From contig OZ024763.1 in assembly GCA_964016885.1 (NCBI GenBank), positions 22,444,001 to 22,508,000 on the forward strand: 64,000 bases of DNA. Direction: 5' to 3'. The notes below the pieces were generated by a model. It did not search any database, was not told where the DNA came from, and saw nothing but the letters and a program-made list of their open reading frames with translations. Numbering within the stretch: position 1 is the stretch's first letter; the number at the start of each line of letters is the position of its first letter. Below, piece by piece: positions 13,612 to 26,871 of the stretch. Origin of the DNA: Eledone cirrhosa. Taxonomy: Eukaryota. A program made the position numbers and the translations under genes.

Positions 13612-14060
13612 TTTAAATGTTTATAGTATCTTTACTGGTGGACAGATTGTTGAGAAAACTTACAGTATTACAGTAAAGACTTTAATATTTAATCTGATAT
13701 AATTATAATGTTGTTTTGTACTAAATGTTTATAGTATCTTTATTGGTAGACAGATTGTGAAAATTTGCAGTATTACAGTAATGACTTTAATATTTAATGT
13801 GATGTAGTCATAGTAATGTTTTGTACTAAATGTTTATAGTATCTTTACTGGTGGACAGATTGTTGAGAAAATTTACAGTATTGGAGTGAATAATTTATTA
13901 CCTAATGTGATGCAGTCATAGTGTTGTTTTGTACTTTTCAAGATTGTCTTGCTAATGTGGTTTGTGAAATCAAATGTGTATCTTGACTGTTGGACATAGT
14001 TGTGAAAATTTGTAGTTTTACAGTAAAGACTTTAATATTTAATGTGACAGGCATAGTGTT
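13612..14060. repeat. Diverged tandem repeat, about 105-145 bp unit, about 4 copies
   Basis: aaatgtttatagtatctttactggtggacagattg recurs near 13615, 13723, 13828 and 13972. Confidence 0.75.
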
Positions 14061-15369
14061 TGGTATGTTTCAAGAATGTTTGGCTAATGTGGTAGAGGAT
14101 GTTAAGATTGAAGAGAAAACTATTTCGGTTTCGTGCTGGACTTCCCAGTCCACATGTCTTCGGTTCGAATCCTTAGTGGAATTTGTTGCTACGGCTGCTG
14201 AGACAAATTGCCACTTGATTAGTAAAGCATGAGTTATCTCCCTTATAGAATTCTTTTTATATTTGAGTTATCTTCCTTGTTTAATTTCTAGAGCAAGTTT
14301 TTTTTTTTCTTTTTCCGAGAAGAAATGAAAAACAAAAGACCATGTTAATAAAATTTAATTAATTCTTTCGCTTTGTAATTGTAGAAGAGATGGTTTAGTT
14401 CCTTTTTTGTGGAGGTGGGGTGAAAGAGTTAAGTAATAACCTTGTGTTTAGAAAATGAGGATTAGTTTCGTTTCTTCAAACAGGGTGGTCACTTCTTACC
14501 TATTTTTATTAAAACATTACAAATTAACTCAAAATTAATTTTTATATCTTTAAATTAAATTTCATAATTAGATCTTGTTTTCATTCAACTTTAATCCGAA
14601 AGAAAAAAAAAATATTTGAATAAATAAAATAAAAAAATAACGAATTTTTTAAAATAGGGAAGAGACTTTTGGTCCACCTTGTACATGACCAAGAAGGTAC
14701 ATTGCTAAAAATCCCAGACGTTATGAAATAAATAGGATGGGTTGAGGTCTCAATATGTAAACTAATGGCAAATATATTTGAAGTCAGGAAATGTTGCTGC
14801 TGTTAGTGTTGTAATAGGACATGAAATAATACATCTAATTCTCTCACCTCTTTCAGTTCAAACCAGCAGTAACTGGCTGCTCATACTAATGTTAAGGTAT
14901 TGTTCTTAAAATAAATAATATCAAAAACTCGTAGATTCGATATTATGTGAGGTAAAGCCTTTACCGTGAAAATACAACAGTAAATATAGAGTAACGTAAA
15001 TGCTAAAGGGTTCAAGGATCGTGAAGCCTAATGGTAAGTGGGTTGGACTTAAGCTCGTAATGTTGTGGGTTTTAATTCCTGGAGAGGGTTGTGTGCAGTG
15101 TTCTTGTGAACAACACTTCAGTTTACGTTGATCCTGTCAGTATACTCAGCTGAATATGTGTACTCGCAGCAATAGCTTAGCTGGGGATTTAACCTGAGTC
15201 AAAGGTAGATTTTAGATCACAACCACATGGCTAGAGGTTTGATTCTAATACTGTCAACTAACTACCCTTAAAAGGGTCAGCAGAATTGGTAGAGTATCAG
15301 ACAATGTATAATGCAGCATTTCTTTTGGCACTTTTCATAGGTAATATAGCATGATGTGTTTTGAAGGGG

Positions 15370-15751
15370 GAATTGGTTGCTATTTCTATTATGTCCAGCT
15401 ATCATGTAGTGGCCTCGCCCTTATGCCTTATATACAGAGAGGCAGGTTGGTACATGACAGTATGTTGTGGATTGAAGGAGAATTGTCTGCTATTTTTACT
15501 AGGTCTACCTACCATGTAGAGGTTCTAGTATATTGGCTTATACAATATATGCAAGTAGCTCCTGTATTTTAAGGCAGATCTGGCTGTTTCTATCTACCAA
15601 ATAGTGACCTGCTCTTTTGTCCAATATATATACAATATGTATATACAAAAAGATACATACATAATAGATATGGTATAGTTTCAGGGAGTATTGGCTGCTA
15701 TTTCTACTATGTCTAGCTACCATGTAGAGGCTCTATCACATTGGCCTATAC
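15370..15751. repeat. Diverged tandem repeat, about 105 bp unit
   Basis: gctgctatttctac...ccatgtagagg...ttggcctatac recurs near 15375, 15485, 15580 and 15692. Confidence 0.55.
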
Positions 15752-16168
15752 CAGTGATTCCCAACATGGAGTGCACGCCCCTCAGGGGGGCAATTTGAAA
15801 GTGATATAATACAACCAAACTTCCAGTTACACTTCATCTACACATGTTATCGTGTATCTGGCAGCACCTCCGAGCAGTTTGTTTACACTTTGGAGTTGAT
15901 TTTGATCATCGCTGCACCACATGTCACATATCACTGTTGCACGACGAGTGAGAAGGTTGAGTGAAACTTGTTCTCTTATGTACTTATGTAAAGTATTATC
16001 ATTTACAAACTAGTTACTCTTCTGGTAATTTGTTATAAAATCATTGCCTATATTGTAAAGACCCTCTTACACTTTTACAAAACTTAGTTTGTTTTTATAT
16101 CAACAGGGACATAAACATTTTTTAGATGTTGAGGTGGGGCATGGAGCAAAAAAGGTTGGGCACCACTG
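15752..16168. mobile_element. Non-autonomous hAT (Charlie-like) DNA transposon/MITE
   Basis: TIRs CAGTGATTCCCAAC / GTTGGGCACCACTG; perfect 8-bp TSD GCCTATAC at 15744-15751 and 16169-16176. Confidence 0.88.
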
Positions 16169-16454
16169 GCCTATACAATATATACTAGCAATTAGCTCTT
16201 AGACAGCGGTCTTTGGTCCGCTGCGAGATAACATTAGTTCCATCGCGTAGGAGAAAGCTTCGATTTGAAAATGCAAAAACGTTTGTATATAACCCTCCTT
16301 CGTTAGGCTTCCCATCTTGATACGTATTGGATGAAAGGAAGATTTTTTAATGTATTTTTCTGATTTAAGCACAAGGCCAACAATTTTTGGGAGAGGGAAA
16401 GTTGATCAAATCGAATCCAGTGCATTACTTCTACTTTATTTTATCGACCTCGTA

Positions 16455-16676
16455 CAGAGGCAGTGGAAGTTGGGAGACCATGCCCCCAATAATATATTTC
16501 TCCCCAAACTACCAAGACACACATCTATTTCTATACATGCTACAATTTATGTACATGTTATGTTTATCGCATATCAAAGTATTTTTATATCTTGGTTGAT
16601 ATTTGATAACAGCTAAACTAATCACTACAACCAAATTTTCCCCTCCCCCCATTCAGAAATGCTAACACCGCCCCTG
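16455..16676. mobile_element. Possible MITE
   Basis: Imperfect TIRs cagaggcagtg / caccgcccctg; no clear TSD. Confidence 0.35.
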
Positions 16677-16959
16677 ATAAAGAGGTTTAGTTTCTTAGAA
16701 TAAAATGTACAAGCAAATAAAACATTACATACCTCTTTACATGAACACATTCAAAATGATTTTCAAAGTACCGAAAAAAAAAAAAAATCCACAAAGGGGA
16801 AGTAACTCTAAATAAAGTGACATAACTCTAATCAAATTTATAACAAATACTGTTTAATACGGATTCTTCGTGCGGTTAAGAACGCAGGCCAGCATATGGT
16901 CAACCTGCAAATAGTCCGGACCGCAATTAAGCCACGTGCTCTCGCAACGATTCGATCTT

Positions 16960-17250
16960 CTGACACATGAAATGTCTAAAAAGAAATACAGCAACCAACA
17001 TCATGTTGAAGGGAGGAAGATTTGAAGAAGTGGTGGACACCTTCAAGGATATATACAGCCAAGATTCGCTCTGGTCACCTCTACCATGGCAAAGTTGAAT
17101 AGCTTATGAAAAAGAAACTATACCAGAACGAAGTTTCCAGTTATTCGAGCACAATCCTTCAGAAGGTTGCTACATCACAACACCGAGACCCTTCTACACA
17201 TGATGGAGAATAAAAACCAGTGACATCCCAACGACTGGTGGCACATTCAG
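16960..17250 (+). mobile_element. Highly decayed RTE-like fragment
   Basis: NIMLKGGRFEEVVDTFK...STMAKLN resembles the RTE post-RT region. Confidence 0.35.
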
Positions 17251-17513
17251 GGTGACACCTCGAGAGGCTGCACTAGTAACACCCCAACGACAGGCTGTAC
17301 CAATGGCACATCTAGTGTGACACATGTGATACACCAACGACTGACTGCACCTGTGACAGGAACATGTTGACAAAGAGAATGGCCTGCACAATGAATTTAC
17401 AAGACGCGAGGATATCATGAAGGGAACTACGAATATATTATTTACCCACTTAAATAATAATAAAAATATGCTAAATTCTATTTCATATGACCGTGACAGA
17501 AAGGAGTCTTTAT

Positions 17514-17554
<41 letters not shown>

Positions 17555-17563
<9 letters not shown>

Positions 17564-18090
17564 TAAGGATACTATTTATGGTTATGTATATACTAAAACC
17601 TTTTATAGTTATATATATTTTAAACCCTAAATAGTGAAAGACAGTAATTTATTACTACCTTATTACCAGTAAGATAAATAGCTCAATGTAATAACATCAG
17701 TTGTTCTACAGAGCAGTTATATAGAAATTACATGAATTAAAGTTCTGTTTAAACCATTTATTCGCTTACAATTGTTTCTTCCAAACCAAGGTTTGGAGTC
17801 TTCGGAGCAATTTTTCAATGATTGTTTACATACATGACCTCCTTTCCAACACAAGAGACACACAGAAACATATGTATTTATCGATGCACAGAGGGGTGAC
17901 ATCCATTATAATATTTTAGCATGGCAATTTACAATCAAAGATTAAAGTCATATTAAAAGAAAACAAAGGAGGTCATGTATGTAAACAATCATTGAAAAAT
18001 TGCTCCGAAAACTCCAAACCTTGGTTTGGAAGAAACAATTGTAAGCGAATAAATGGTTTAAACAGAACTTTGATTCATGTAATTTCTATA
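17555..18090. mobile_element. Fold-back PLE-pLTR-like element with two variant HHRs
   Basis: About 130-bp inverted repeat (17718-17845 / 17965-18090); HHR-like motifs at 17762-17810(-) and 18000-18048(+); flanked by (TA)n. Confidence 0.75.
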
Positions 18091-18138
18091 TATATGTATG
18101 TATGTATGTTTGTATGTATATGTATGTATATATAGAAC

Positions 18139-18224
18139 GTGTCTGAGGAACCTGTGAAAACAGAGTCAGGTCGATCCACACAGATCGCACCTTGAGCTGT
18201 TCGCCGGGGAAACAATTGTAATAC
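18139..18224 (+). ncRNA. Hammerhead ribozyme with extended stem II
   Basis: GTGT-CTGAGGA-[about 60 nt]-GAAAC-AATT-GTA/ATAC, then AATAAA. Confidence 0.7.
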
Positions 18225-18261
18225 ACAATAAATTGAGTTCCGATGCATCACTGATTTTGGT

Positions 18262-19057
18262 ATGAAAGGGTATGTATTACTATGTATTATTATTAGTAAT
18301 ACATACCCTTTTCAAAGACCTCCATGTATAGATAAGAAATGCATAATCTGTAAACTTAGCCCCCATATTAACTGCAAAACTAGAAACATAGTATATAGCA
18401 TAAGATGTACTGAGGGACAATGCAAGGATAAGAATATCATGTACATAGGTGAGACAGCTCGTAGCATAGGAGGTCGATTAAATGAACACTGGTGAGAGCT
18501 TCAAGATAGAAAATACTCATCAGTACTCCACCAACATGCTAAAATAGAACATAAGGTCAAATTAGAGAACATAGAAATAAAAATAAAATCTACACACAGA
18601 AAAGACGCAATGTTTAGACAAATCACAGAGGCAATAAACATAAATGAACTCCAACCAAAATTAAATAGAAAACATGAATGGAATAGCAACATCACAACTT
18701 ACAATTAAGGGCAAAATGAAGACACACACACATAGAACAAACATGTAAATAGACAAATAAAAACACACACAGACACTCGGATGTAACATGCGCAAACTAA
18801 GCACACAACACACACAAAAACAAGATGGCGTAGGGCAGAACAAAGGAGAGGCACAAAACAAAGAAAATAATCCATGGTCACTGATGAGGTCACAGAATGT
18901 GTGACGAAAGAACTTTGACAATATATGAACAACCATCTGGTTGTGGAACCAACCAACTGGAAATTTATAAATTTTTAAAATTTATAATAAATTGGAGTGA
19001 AAGCAACTGGTGCGTGTGTTTCTTATTGGCAACATGACCCTCCCAAAGTATAACAAT
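18262..19057 (+). mobile_element. Second PLE family: 5'-truncated GIY-YIG EN plus 3' UTR/pLTR
   Basis: CIICK...CKTRNIVYSIRC...C...YIGETARSIGGRLNEH*...SVLHQH...H...RQITEAINI...PKLN to 18708; HHR at 18877; its 3' terminus recurs inverted at about 32085-32134. Confidence 0.85.
18877..18919 (+). ncRNA. Minimal type I hammerhead ribozyme
   Basis: GTCA-CTGATGA-GGTCAC-AGAATGT-GTGAC-GAAAG-AA-CTT/TGAC. Confidence 0.8.
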
Positions 19058-19072
19058 ATATATGTATATATA

Positions 19073-19310
19073 ATGTAGAAGGTGAGTAATATTGTAGAAC
19101 AATAAAACTATGCATATATCCGATAAGTAGCACTCAACAGTTGGTCTCGTATATTTTTGTCATATGTAGACTGACAAGTGGTTTTTAGGCCTCATATCAT
19201 GTTACCTTATTTTATCTGATGAGAACACAATTTTTGTCCCAGGATGATGTTGTTTTCGAAATGCGCATAATAAAATATTTGGAACTTTTTTAACCATCTT
19301 TTAATTTCTT
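19073..19310. mobile_element. Short HHR element, ATGCGCAT family (inverted 3' end plus direct part)
   Basis: HHR 19210-19275: TTTTAT-CTGATGA-GAACACAA..TTGTTTTC-GAA-ATGCGCAT-A/ATAAAA; homologous to 30799, 36600 and 50206. Confidence 0.8.
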
Positions 19311-19353
19311 CTTTTTATATGTACATATATATGTGTATATATATATATATATA

Positions 19354-21122
19354 TACTCTTTACTCTTTACTCTTTTACTCTTTTACCTGTTCCAGCCATC
19401 CGGCTGAGGCCATGCTGGGGCACCACCCTTGTTGCTACACATTTTATCTCCAGCCTGTATTGGTTGGCCACTGGTGCAAGAAGGAGTTTGTTGCTGCTGC
19501 CCTTAGGTTTCCCCCGTGCCTTGCTGTGGGCTCATCCGGGATCCTGGATAGCAAGGTGTCGAGATTTTTCTTGAAGATATCCACATCCACACCATGCAGA
19601 TCTCTCAGATCCCTCGGCAGCATGTTGAAGAGTTGAGGGCCTTTGAACCCCAGGCTATTGCAATATCTGCTCCTTATTCTAGATGTGGAAGACGGAACCT
19701 TTGGCACCACACAGTCACATCCTGTTCGACGGTTGGTCCAGCTCTCAGTGCCAAAGTTTGATGCTAGTCCCTCCAGGATTTTCCACATGTAGATCACTGT
19801 GTATCTCTCCCGTCTTCATTCCAAGGAGTAGAAGTTCAGTTCTTTTAGCCTCTCCCAGTAGCTTATCTCCTTCATCGTCGCAATCCTCTTGGTGTAGCTG
19901 CGCTGGATTGCCTCAAGCTCCGTGGTTAATTTGACACTATGGCGTGACCACAACTGGGAGCAATAGTCCAGGCGGCTTAGGACAAATGTCCTCCATAGTG
20001 TCAACATGGTGTCTCGGTCTCTTGTCTGGAAAGTCCTCAAGATCCAGCCAGCGAGTCGTCTGCACATTGTCGCCACTTTCATGATGTGTGAGGAAAAAGA
20101 TGCATAATCGATTTTGACACGGGGATATCGGTCCCTCCTGGTCTGGCGTAACTGTGTTGTACTGTATTTGTGTTTGCAGGTTTGTGTTGTAAGGCTTGGA
20201 ATTTGCCAGCATTAAACTGCATGTTGTTGTCTTCTGCCCATTTGTGTATGGTATCCAGATCTTGTTGTAAAAGGGCCGGGTCTTTGATTGCCTGCGCTAC
20301 CTTAGTGTCATCAGCATAGCTAGTGAGTGATGTTGTTGTATGTACTGCAGAGGGCATGTCTGAGAGAGCCACCGAAAACAGTAGTGGTCCCAGGACTGAG
20401 CCTTGGGGCACCCCACTTGTTATTGATGTTTCCTTTCATAGGGCCCCGTTTGCTGCGACTGTCTGGCTTCTGTCCTTTAAGAAGTCATGCAACCACTCAC
20501 CTACTTTTCCAATTATGCCAAGTTTGTGACATATCATTCCATGGTCGACCTTGTCAAAGGCCTTCACAAAGTCAAGATATATCACGTCTACATGTGAGCT
20601 GTCTAGTAGTTGTCTCAGTACCCAGTCGTAGTGATGTAGCAGTTGTGTAAGGCAGCTTATTCCTGGACGAAAGCCATGCTGCGTGCTTGTCAGGCGGTCA
20701 TTTTCCTCGAGGAAATTGATCAGTTTCTTTCTGACGACTCGCTCCATGACCTTACTGATATGTGACGTCAGGGAGACTGGCCTATAGTTCTTGGCCTCCA
20801 CTCTGCTACCTCCTTTATGGATAGGGCATATTGTGTCTTCTTTCAGCTCCCTGGGTAGTATACCACTAGCCAAGGAGCTTCTGAAGAGCGTTTTCAGTGG
20901 AGTTGCTAAGGCCCGCTTACATGTTTTTAAGAGGACTGCTGGGAATCCATCAGGTCCAGCATCTTAGTCTGTTCTAATTTCATCTATGGCGCATACCACA
21001 TCCTCCGTTATGTCTATGTGATTGATGGTCGCCATTTCTTCATGGAGTGTTGTGGCATCAAAGAACTCCTCTGGCTTTGTTATTTGCATGTGCCTCAGGG
21101 ACATGTGAACACACTTTTGTAC
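19354..21122 (-). mobile_element. CR1-group LINE, 5'-truncated, frameshifted
   Basis: NYRPVSLTS, QHGFR, YLDFVKAFDKV, PQGSVLGPLLF, YADDTK, LDYCSQLW, YWERLKEL, GPQLFN; 3' tail (GAGTAAA/GAGTAAAA)n. Confidence 0.9.
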
Positions 21123-21144
21123 TATATGTATATATATATATATA

Positions 21145-21389
21145 TAGAATAGCTTTCACCGGATTTTTGACTAAAGGAATTTTAGCCTAATAATGGGGTT
21201 TAGAACCCTCAGATAAATGGAAAAAGATGAGTATTCACATACATGTACGTCAATACTCATCTTTTTCCATTTATCTGAGGGTTCTAAACCCCATTATTAG
21301 GCTAAAATTCCTTTAGTCAAAAATCCGGTGAAAGCTATTCTATTTTCTAATTTCAAACCTGCTCACTGTTTCAAAACATACTTACTTGA
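21145..21389. repeat. Fold-back element: 91-bp perfect inverted repeat plus tail, in (TA)n
   Basis: Arms 21145-21235 / 21252-21342 are reverse complements. Confidence 0.85.
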
Positions 21390-21478
21390 TATATATATAT
21401 ATTTATATATATATATATATGTATGTATGTATGCATGTATATATATATGTATATATATATGTATGTATATATATATGC

Positions 21479-21509
<31 letters not shown>

Positions 21510-21668
21510 TGTATATATATGTATGTATATATATATGTATATATATGTATGTATATATATATGTATATATGTATGTATATATATATGTATGTATGTATAT
21601 ATATTATATGTATATATGTATATATATGTATGTATATATATATGTATATATGTATGTATATATATATG

Positions 21669-21700
<32 letters not shown>

Positions 21701-21732
21701 TATGTATATATATATATGTATATATATGTATG

Positions 21733-21769
<37 letters not shown>

Positions 21770-21953
21770 GTGTATATATATATGTATATATATATATATG
21801 TATATGTATATATATATGTGTTTGTATATATGTATGTGTATATATATGTATGAATATATGTGTATGTATATATATATATATGTATATATATATATGTGTA
21901 TATATATATATGTATGTATGTATGTATGTATATATATATGTATGTATATATAT
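21390..21953. repeat. (TA)n/(TATG)n microsatellite
   Basis: Direct reading; similar tracts at about 26177-26400, 26655-26870, 27088-27273, 41035-41555, 45240-46870, 59880-60475 and 63480-63970. Confidence 0.95.
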
Positions 21954-21954
21954 T

Positions 21955-22235
21955 TGGTGCTACTGGTAACATGTATCCCAGTACAACCTGTCTCATGGTC
22001 GGGTCGTTGGCGACTAAACTGGCAACCCCACCAAGCTTTGTTGGTGAGGAGGGTGGCTTTGGACATCCTGCAGGACTAAAAACAAAACCTGTCAAAAGGC
22101 AAAGGGGCTCTTAAGAGTCAATAGCCATCCAAAATCACCGGGAGAGATGACCCCTTAGCCTTTGTCAAGGCAGAATTCTAGGAGAAGGAAAACTCTGATA
22201 TAACACCTGCAACCCTGATGGTATCCAATGATGTT
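21955..22235 (+). mobile_element. Probable RTE-type 5' UTR fragment
   Basis: Contains ctaggagaaggaaaactctga, a motif recalled from RTE/Expander-type 5' regions; no ORF follows. Confidence 0.4.
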
Positions 22236-22618
22236 GAATTGTTCTTTTTGGTAAATATCATCTTGGTTAAGAGAGTCGGACTGGCCTTGTGCAGTGCCTT
22301 TGCTCACTATAAAAGCTTCACAGCACAGGCATTGCTTTTTATCTGGAGATCTCTCTGCACTTGTCGTTACATGGTACCATCGGCCCAGCACTATGTGTCA
22401 ATAATTGTCACAGGTGTAGTGTTTGTACTAGAGTTTTCAAGTCGCTGGCTGGACTAAAAAGTCACACTCGTTCAGCGCATTGGTAGGGGTTCTCCTACAT
22501 GGATATAAAGTAGTGGCCGTACTCGAAAACGAGTTGGCAGCCACCATGTATATATATATATATGTATGTATATATGTATATATATATGTATATATATATA
22601 TGTATGTATATATATATG

Positions 22619-22657
<39 letters not shown>

Positions 22658-22695
22658 ATATATATATATATATTTGTATGTATATATATATATAT

Positions 22696-25600
22696 CTAAG
22701 GCGGGTAAAATTCCCGAGATCCATGGATGAGTTCTCTCCAGCGGTCTCTGTCCCTCATTATCGCTACCATGTCCTGCGTCTCCAATAGACCAGTGTCTGT
22801 CCTTAGGGCATCAACATACATTAACCTTGGTCTTCCTCTTCTAGTGTGTCCATGTAGGGGCTCCCAAAGGAGCACTGAGTGCAATGTCAACTCTGGATGT
22901 CGGTGAGCATGTCCAGCTAACCTCAGTCTCCTCTGTGTCACTTTTGAGCTGACTTTTGGGATGCTCCCATACAGCTCTGAGTTTTTCATCCTCAGTGTAT
23001 ACTGATTAATGTTCAGAGCCATCCTCACCATTCTAGTGTAGCACCCATCCACCATCTGAGTGAGTTTCTTGGTCAGTGTCCAAGTCTCAGACCCATACAG
23101 CAGCACAGACTCCACTACAGCAATGAAGAGGCGGATTTTCAGGTCTCTACGAAGGTCCGACTTCCACACCGATCTCAAGCTGTGGCACGCCGCCCAGGCC
23201 TTGCTCTTCCTTTAAACCACATCATCTTCCGTATTCCCAATCTTTGCTCCCAAATACAGGAAGCCCTCAACCAATTCTAGCGGCTTCCTGCCTACATTAG
23301 TGATCCCCTCTGGCTTCTCAACATTCTCTACCAGATATTTTGTTTTAGTCTCATTCATTCTCAGCCCCACACTCACCGACACAGTCTCAACCTCCCGCAT
23401 CAAATTTTCTGCCTCCTTCACTGTATTTGTCACCAAAACTATGTCGTCGGCAAATTCAGCATCCGATACCTTTTTCACCCTAACTCTCCTGCTCTGAGCC
23501 GGTGCCACAGTAAAGCCATTTCTCCAGTGCAAGGCGCATACAATAGTCCACTACGATGATAAAAAGGTAGGGAGCCAATGTATCTCCCTGGAGCACTCCA
23601 GCCAGTATCTCAAAGAACTCTGTCATCCCATCAGGTGTAATGACTTGGGCTTTGGTGTTGGTGTAGAGCAGGTCCACTATCTTCTTGGGGATTCCATAAG
23701 CCTGTAAGATCTTCATCAGGCAGTAACGGTCCACAGAATCAAAGGCCTTCCTAAAGTCAATGAAAACCATGACTGCAGGAAGGCACTTTGCTCTAGCTCC
23801 CTCTAATATCCTCCTCAGCATCAGGATGTGACTGGTGGTTGATCTACCCTCTCTGAAGCCGTTCTGGTTGTCCCTGAGCTTCTCTCCATCTCAGACTGGA
23901 TCCTGTTAAGAATCATCCTGTTGAGGGTCTTTGTCACAAGTGACGTCAGTGAGATCCCCCTGTAGTTGTTGGTATTAGAGAGATCTCCCTTCTTTGGCAC
24001 TGGGACGATGTTACTGATCCTCCACTGATTTGGGGCAACTCCTTTATCCAGTGCCCCGTTACAGAACCCCAGGATGATATCATCAAAATCACACCTCTTC
24101 ATCACCTCTGATGCCACTCCATCTTCTCCATGAGCCTTGCCCTCCTTGATCCTCTTCTTGGCTCTCTGGAGCTCCCCCCTGGTGAAGGGCCCTGTCTCAA
24201 CATCCAGTTCCTGAAACAGCCGCCTGATCTCCCCAGTGCTCTGGGCTGTGGAGGGTGGCTCTCCTAGTAGGGTCCTAAAATGGTCTAGCCATTTCCTCTT
24301 CCTATCCTCGGGCCCTGTTCCCTGGATCTGACTCGAACACCTTCTCTTCCTCCCTGTGATCTCGTTGATGATCATCCAGCTCTCCTTACATCCAGATCTG
24401 TCAACCGCTCTCTCCACACTTCTGATCTTCTCTATCAGTGCCTCCTCTCTGACCTCAGTGTAAGTGGTACAGAGATCTTCCCTCATCACCTCCACAGTCT
24501 CCATCCTCTCCTCCGTAGGATCAGCATAGAATTGGTCCTTGGCAGCTTTCAGGTGTTCTCTGGCTGCACACACTTTTGGGTTTGCAGAGCTGACATGCTT
24601 CCCTTTGTTCTTTTTCCTCGGCACCAAGGTTTCACTTGCTTCCGCCACTACATTGGTGAAGTGCCCATACCTCCTCGTCACACTCTCCTCAGTCCATCCA
24701 ATCTCTTTCTCCTCTGACACTCCACACAGAGCACTAAACCTGTTTCTCACTTCCACTGTGAACCTCTCCTGTAGCTTATCATCTTCCTTGAAAGCTCCCC
24801 AGTCATAGATTGCTCTCCGGGGCCGAGCCTTGCTCTTTCTTAAGCTCACCCGGACCTCACTCATAACAAGCCGGTGGTCACTACCCAGTGTACTGAAATA
24901 GCTGTATGGTTCCGTGTTCAGAACACTATTCCGCCACTTTTTCCTCACCAGAATGAAATCAATCTGGGACTTGGACAGGTGCATATCCGAGATGTAGGTC
25001 CACATCTTCCCCAGATTCTTCCTAAACCTTAGGTTGGTCGCCATCAAGTTCGCCTCCAGCAGGGTGTCTCTCAGTAGTCTTCCATTTCGGTTGGTGTTGT
25101 TATGGAAGTACCAGCAAGGATCTTCATTGCCCTCCTTACTCAGATGTGCATTGAAGTCCCCCAAAACAAGCAGGATATTGTGTGTCTGAGTGGTGTTGAC
25201 AGCTCTACACACCTCCTCATGGAACTCTTCCGCACTCACATCACTGTCACCCTCGGTTGGACTATAGGCTGAGATGACTGTCAGTCTTGGGTTTCCAATG
25301 AAGGTCACCCTCAACACTCGCGGGGAGATAGGCATTATTTCCCTCACCAACAGATTGGTTTTTGCACTGAACACAAAACCCACTCCTCCGACTGCAGCAT
25401 TTGTTGTGTTCTTCACTGCCGATGTAGTGATGAGCTGGCTCTTCTTCCCGATCATCACACTCCTCACGGGCTCATCGTGTAGGATCCTGTGTTCTTGGAT
25501 CGCAAGTATCTGCATACCACTCTCCTCGAACAGATGTCCCAACTCCTCTCTCTTCTCCAGCGCCCGAATAGTCCTCACACTCAAAGTGCCCATTTTGATG

Positions 25601-25990
25601 GCTCTTCTGCAGGACAAAACTGCATTCTTTATATTTGTCTCAGAGACAACTGATCCATCATCCACTGGCCCTCTCTGTGGCTCTAAGCCAGCAGAGTCAT
25701 AACGACCAGGCTGCTCCTTGACAGTGTAATTAGGGGCTCTAACCCTAGTGCTGTTAGATCGACTCTCCATATTTCTTTTCAATGGCTGACAATACCTTAC
25801 CGGCGCCACTCGAATAAGGTAGTTATTTAACCCATAAATGGAGCCCTAACAGGTACTACCACTACGGGCCAGGGCAGACCTGGGAGTCATGACAACTAAG
25901 GGGTAACTCCACATTCCCCACAACTCCTGAACTCCCGAACTGGAGCCTTGCAACTGGATGTAGTTTAATGTCATACTCAGGACATATTTG
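22696..25990 (-). mobile_element. RTE-clade LINE, near full length (APE + RT), few frameshifts
   Basis: APE: AIQEHR, SAYSPT, LGDFNA, QIDFILV, SDH; RT: NYRGISL, DFRKAFDSV, GVLQGDTLAPYLF, FADD, YLG; C-term LLYGSETW, RRLRLAGH, RRGRP. Confidence 0.93.
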
Positions 25991-26059
25991 TATATATATA
26001 TAGGTTCTTTGCCAGGGAAGGTTTCCACGAACCAAAGTATTGTCTTCTTCCGTTTGCAA

Positions 26060-26660
26060 CGTTTTTTGAAATATTTACTTCTGCGTTCACAGATTGACTT
26101 TTTTAGTTTCGGAAGATCCCGTTAAGGGTGAAAGCAGCGATTCTTTGCTTAAACTTTAATCTGTCATTTTAATAAATATATATTTGTATGTATATATATA
26201 TATATGTATGTATATATATATATATATATCTATGTATATATGTATGTATATATATATGTATGTATATATATATATATATGTATGTGTATATATATATATG
26301 TATGTATGTATATATATGTATGTGTATATATATATATATATGTATATATATATGTGTGTATATATATGTATGTATATATATATATATATATATGTATATA
26401 TAATATATAGTAATAATAATAAATTTGAAGACTAAAATCCAAAGAGGGCTCGATAAGGATAAATATATATCAAATATATAAGGACCGTAGAGCAAATATT
26501 TATTAAAATAACAGATTAAAGTTTAAGCAAAGAATCGCTTTTTTGAAATATCCAGTTCTGCGTTTACAGATTGACTTTGTTAGTTTCAGAAGATCCCGTT
26601 AAGGGTGAAAGCAGCGATTCTTTGCTTAAACTTTAATCTGTTATTTTAATAAATATATAT
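26060..26660. mobile_element. Short HHR elements of the CAGAAGA-core family (direct copy, inverted 3' end, direct copy)
   Basis: HHR-like motifs at 26105-26155 and 26582-26632; inverted segment about 26410-26539; homologs at about 30275-30330 and 62150-62300. Confidence 0.75.
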
Positions 26661-26804
26661 ATATATAATATATACATATATGTATATATATATGTATGTA
26701 TATATATATGTATATGTATGTATATACATATGTATGTATATATATATGTATGTATATATATATATGTATGTATATATACGTATTTGTATATATATATATG
26801 TATG

Positions 26805-26853
<49 letters not shown>

Positions 26854-26871
26854 GTATGTATATATATATGT

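Noticed and set aside
18493-18495. In-frame TGA in the GIY-YIG fragment as selenocysteine (as in some Naiad PLEs)
   Set aside because: Falls at an EHxR-type position, best explained as CGA>TGA decay; not a Cys position; no SECIS seen
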